A DNA stretch of 45,390 nucleotides, taken from contig CAVEYA010000064.1 in the NCBI GenBank assembly GCA_963619935.1, forward strand, positions 1 to 45,390. Direction: 5' to 3'. Under the pieces are notes generated by a model that searched no databases, was not told where the DNA came from, and was given only the letters and a program-made list of their open reading frames with translations. Positions within the stretch are counted from its first letter, which is position 1, and each line of letters begins with the position of its first letter. The stretch is from a bacterium. GTDB taxonomy: Bacteria > Bacillota_I > Bacilli_A > RFN20 > CAG-826. A program made the translations under genes and the position numbers. Shown here piece after piece: positions 44,823-45,390 of this stretch.

Positions 44823-45390
44823 ATGAATAATTTAGATAATTTATTATACGAAACTAACATACTTGATTATTCTAGTACGAATATTCAAGTTTTAATCAAT
44901 CATCACGGTTGGAAAAAATTAGATGATTTTAACAAAGTTAAACAAATCTATGATTTTGTGAGAAATGAGATTCTTTTTGGCTATAACAAAGATGACAGCT
45001 TAAAGGCTAGTGAAGTACTTAATGATGGCTATGGACAATGTAACACAAAAGGAACGCTTTTAATGGCGCTATTAAGAGCGGTTAATATTCCTTGTCGTGT
45101 CCATGGATTTTATATCACCAAGAAGCTACAAAAAGGAGCAATGACAGGTTTAACTTATTTGTTAGCACCAAAAAAGATATTCCATAGTTATGTAGAAGTC
45201 TTTTTAAATAATTATTGGTACGCTCTAGAAGGATTTATCTTAGATAAAGAATATTTAAAAGGAGTGCAAAATAAATTCTCTGATATTGATGGATATTTTC
45301 TTGGCTATGGAGTTGGCACAACTGATTTTAAAAATCCTCTAATTGAATTTAATAATAACGATACTTTTATTCAAAAAGAAGGAATAGTGG
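44823..45390 (+). CDS. Transglutaminase-like cysteine protease-fold protein (3' end beyond the window)
   Basis: Open frame from ATG 44823 to the window end; it is absent from the ORF track because it has no stop. My translation contains GYGQCNTKGTLLMALLRAVNIPCRVHG and HSYVEVF, the Cys and His of the transglutaminase core. Confidence 0.75.
   Translation, partial: MNNLDNLLYETNILDYSSTNIQVLINHHGWKKLDDFNKVKQIYDFVRNEILFGYNKDDSLKASEVLNDGYGQCNTKGTLLMALLRAVNIPCRVHGFYITKKLQKGAMTGLTYLLAPKKIFHSYVEVFLNNYWYALEGFILDKEYLKGVQNKFSDIDGYFLGYGVGTTDFKNPLIEFNNNDTFIQKEGIV

Noticed and set aside
1-45390. Search for CRISPR arrays, rRNA genes, IS elements or transposases, and prophage genes
   Set aside because: No regularly spaced direct repeats, no rRNA-like sequence, and no transposase or phage-like ORF in any frame. 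The only exact repeats found are in-frame coding repeats (topA, polC).

Overview
AT-rich 45.4-kb chromosomal segment (roughly one-third GC by eye, not computed) from a low-GC Gram-positive anaerobe (Bacillota: PolC, FakA, PlsX, Rex, AdhE, [FeFe]-hydrogenases; standard genetic code). It has three parts. (1) 60-7936 is one tightly packed operon: rex, adhE, a small 4-Cys ferredoxin, a PAS-containing sensory-type [FeFe]-hydrogenase (HydS/HfsB-like), a SpoIIE-type PP2C phosphatase, and a second, catalytic-type [FeFe]-hydrogenase. This is the most interesting system. It places an NADH sensor, a putative H2 sensor and both fermentative electron sinks in one transcription unit, and it encodes no kinase or partner-switching protein for the phosphatase. 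(2) 7982-37624 is a run of conserved Firmicute housekeeping blocks: asp23-fakA-recG-plsX-rnc-ftsY-ylxM-ffh, then rplS-lepB-rbgA-rnhB-dprA-topA-xerC-rpsB-tsf-pyrH-frr-uppS-cdsA-dxr-rseP-polC. The rpsP-KH-rimM-trmD block between ffh and rplS is inverted. Several genes that sit in these blocks in Bacillus and Staphylococcus are absent (fapR, fabD, fabG, acpP, smc, trmFO, hslVU, codY, proS). (3) 37.5-45.4 kb is an accessory-looking block bounded by tRNA-Pro(CGG) on the left and tRNA-Leu(CAG)+tRNA-Arg(CCG) on the right. It holds a LysR regulator divergent from a flavodoxin/aldo-keto reductase/lipoprotein-flavodoxin operon, a solitary DUF1016 PD-(D/E)xK nuclease, a coupled membrane acyltransferase (DUF1624-like) and ANL adenylating enzyme pair, and a partial transglutaminase-like gene. 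I found no rRNA, CRISPR array, IS element or prophage gene. All calls rest on reading the ORF translations and the DNA by eye; no database search was run.
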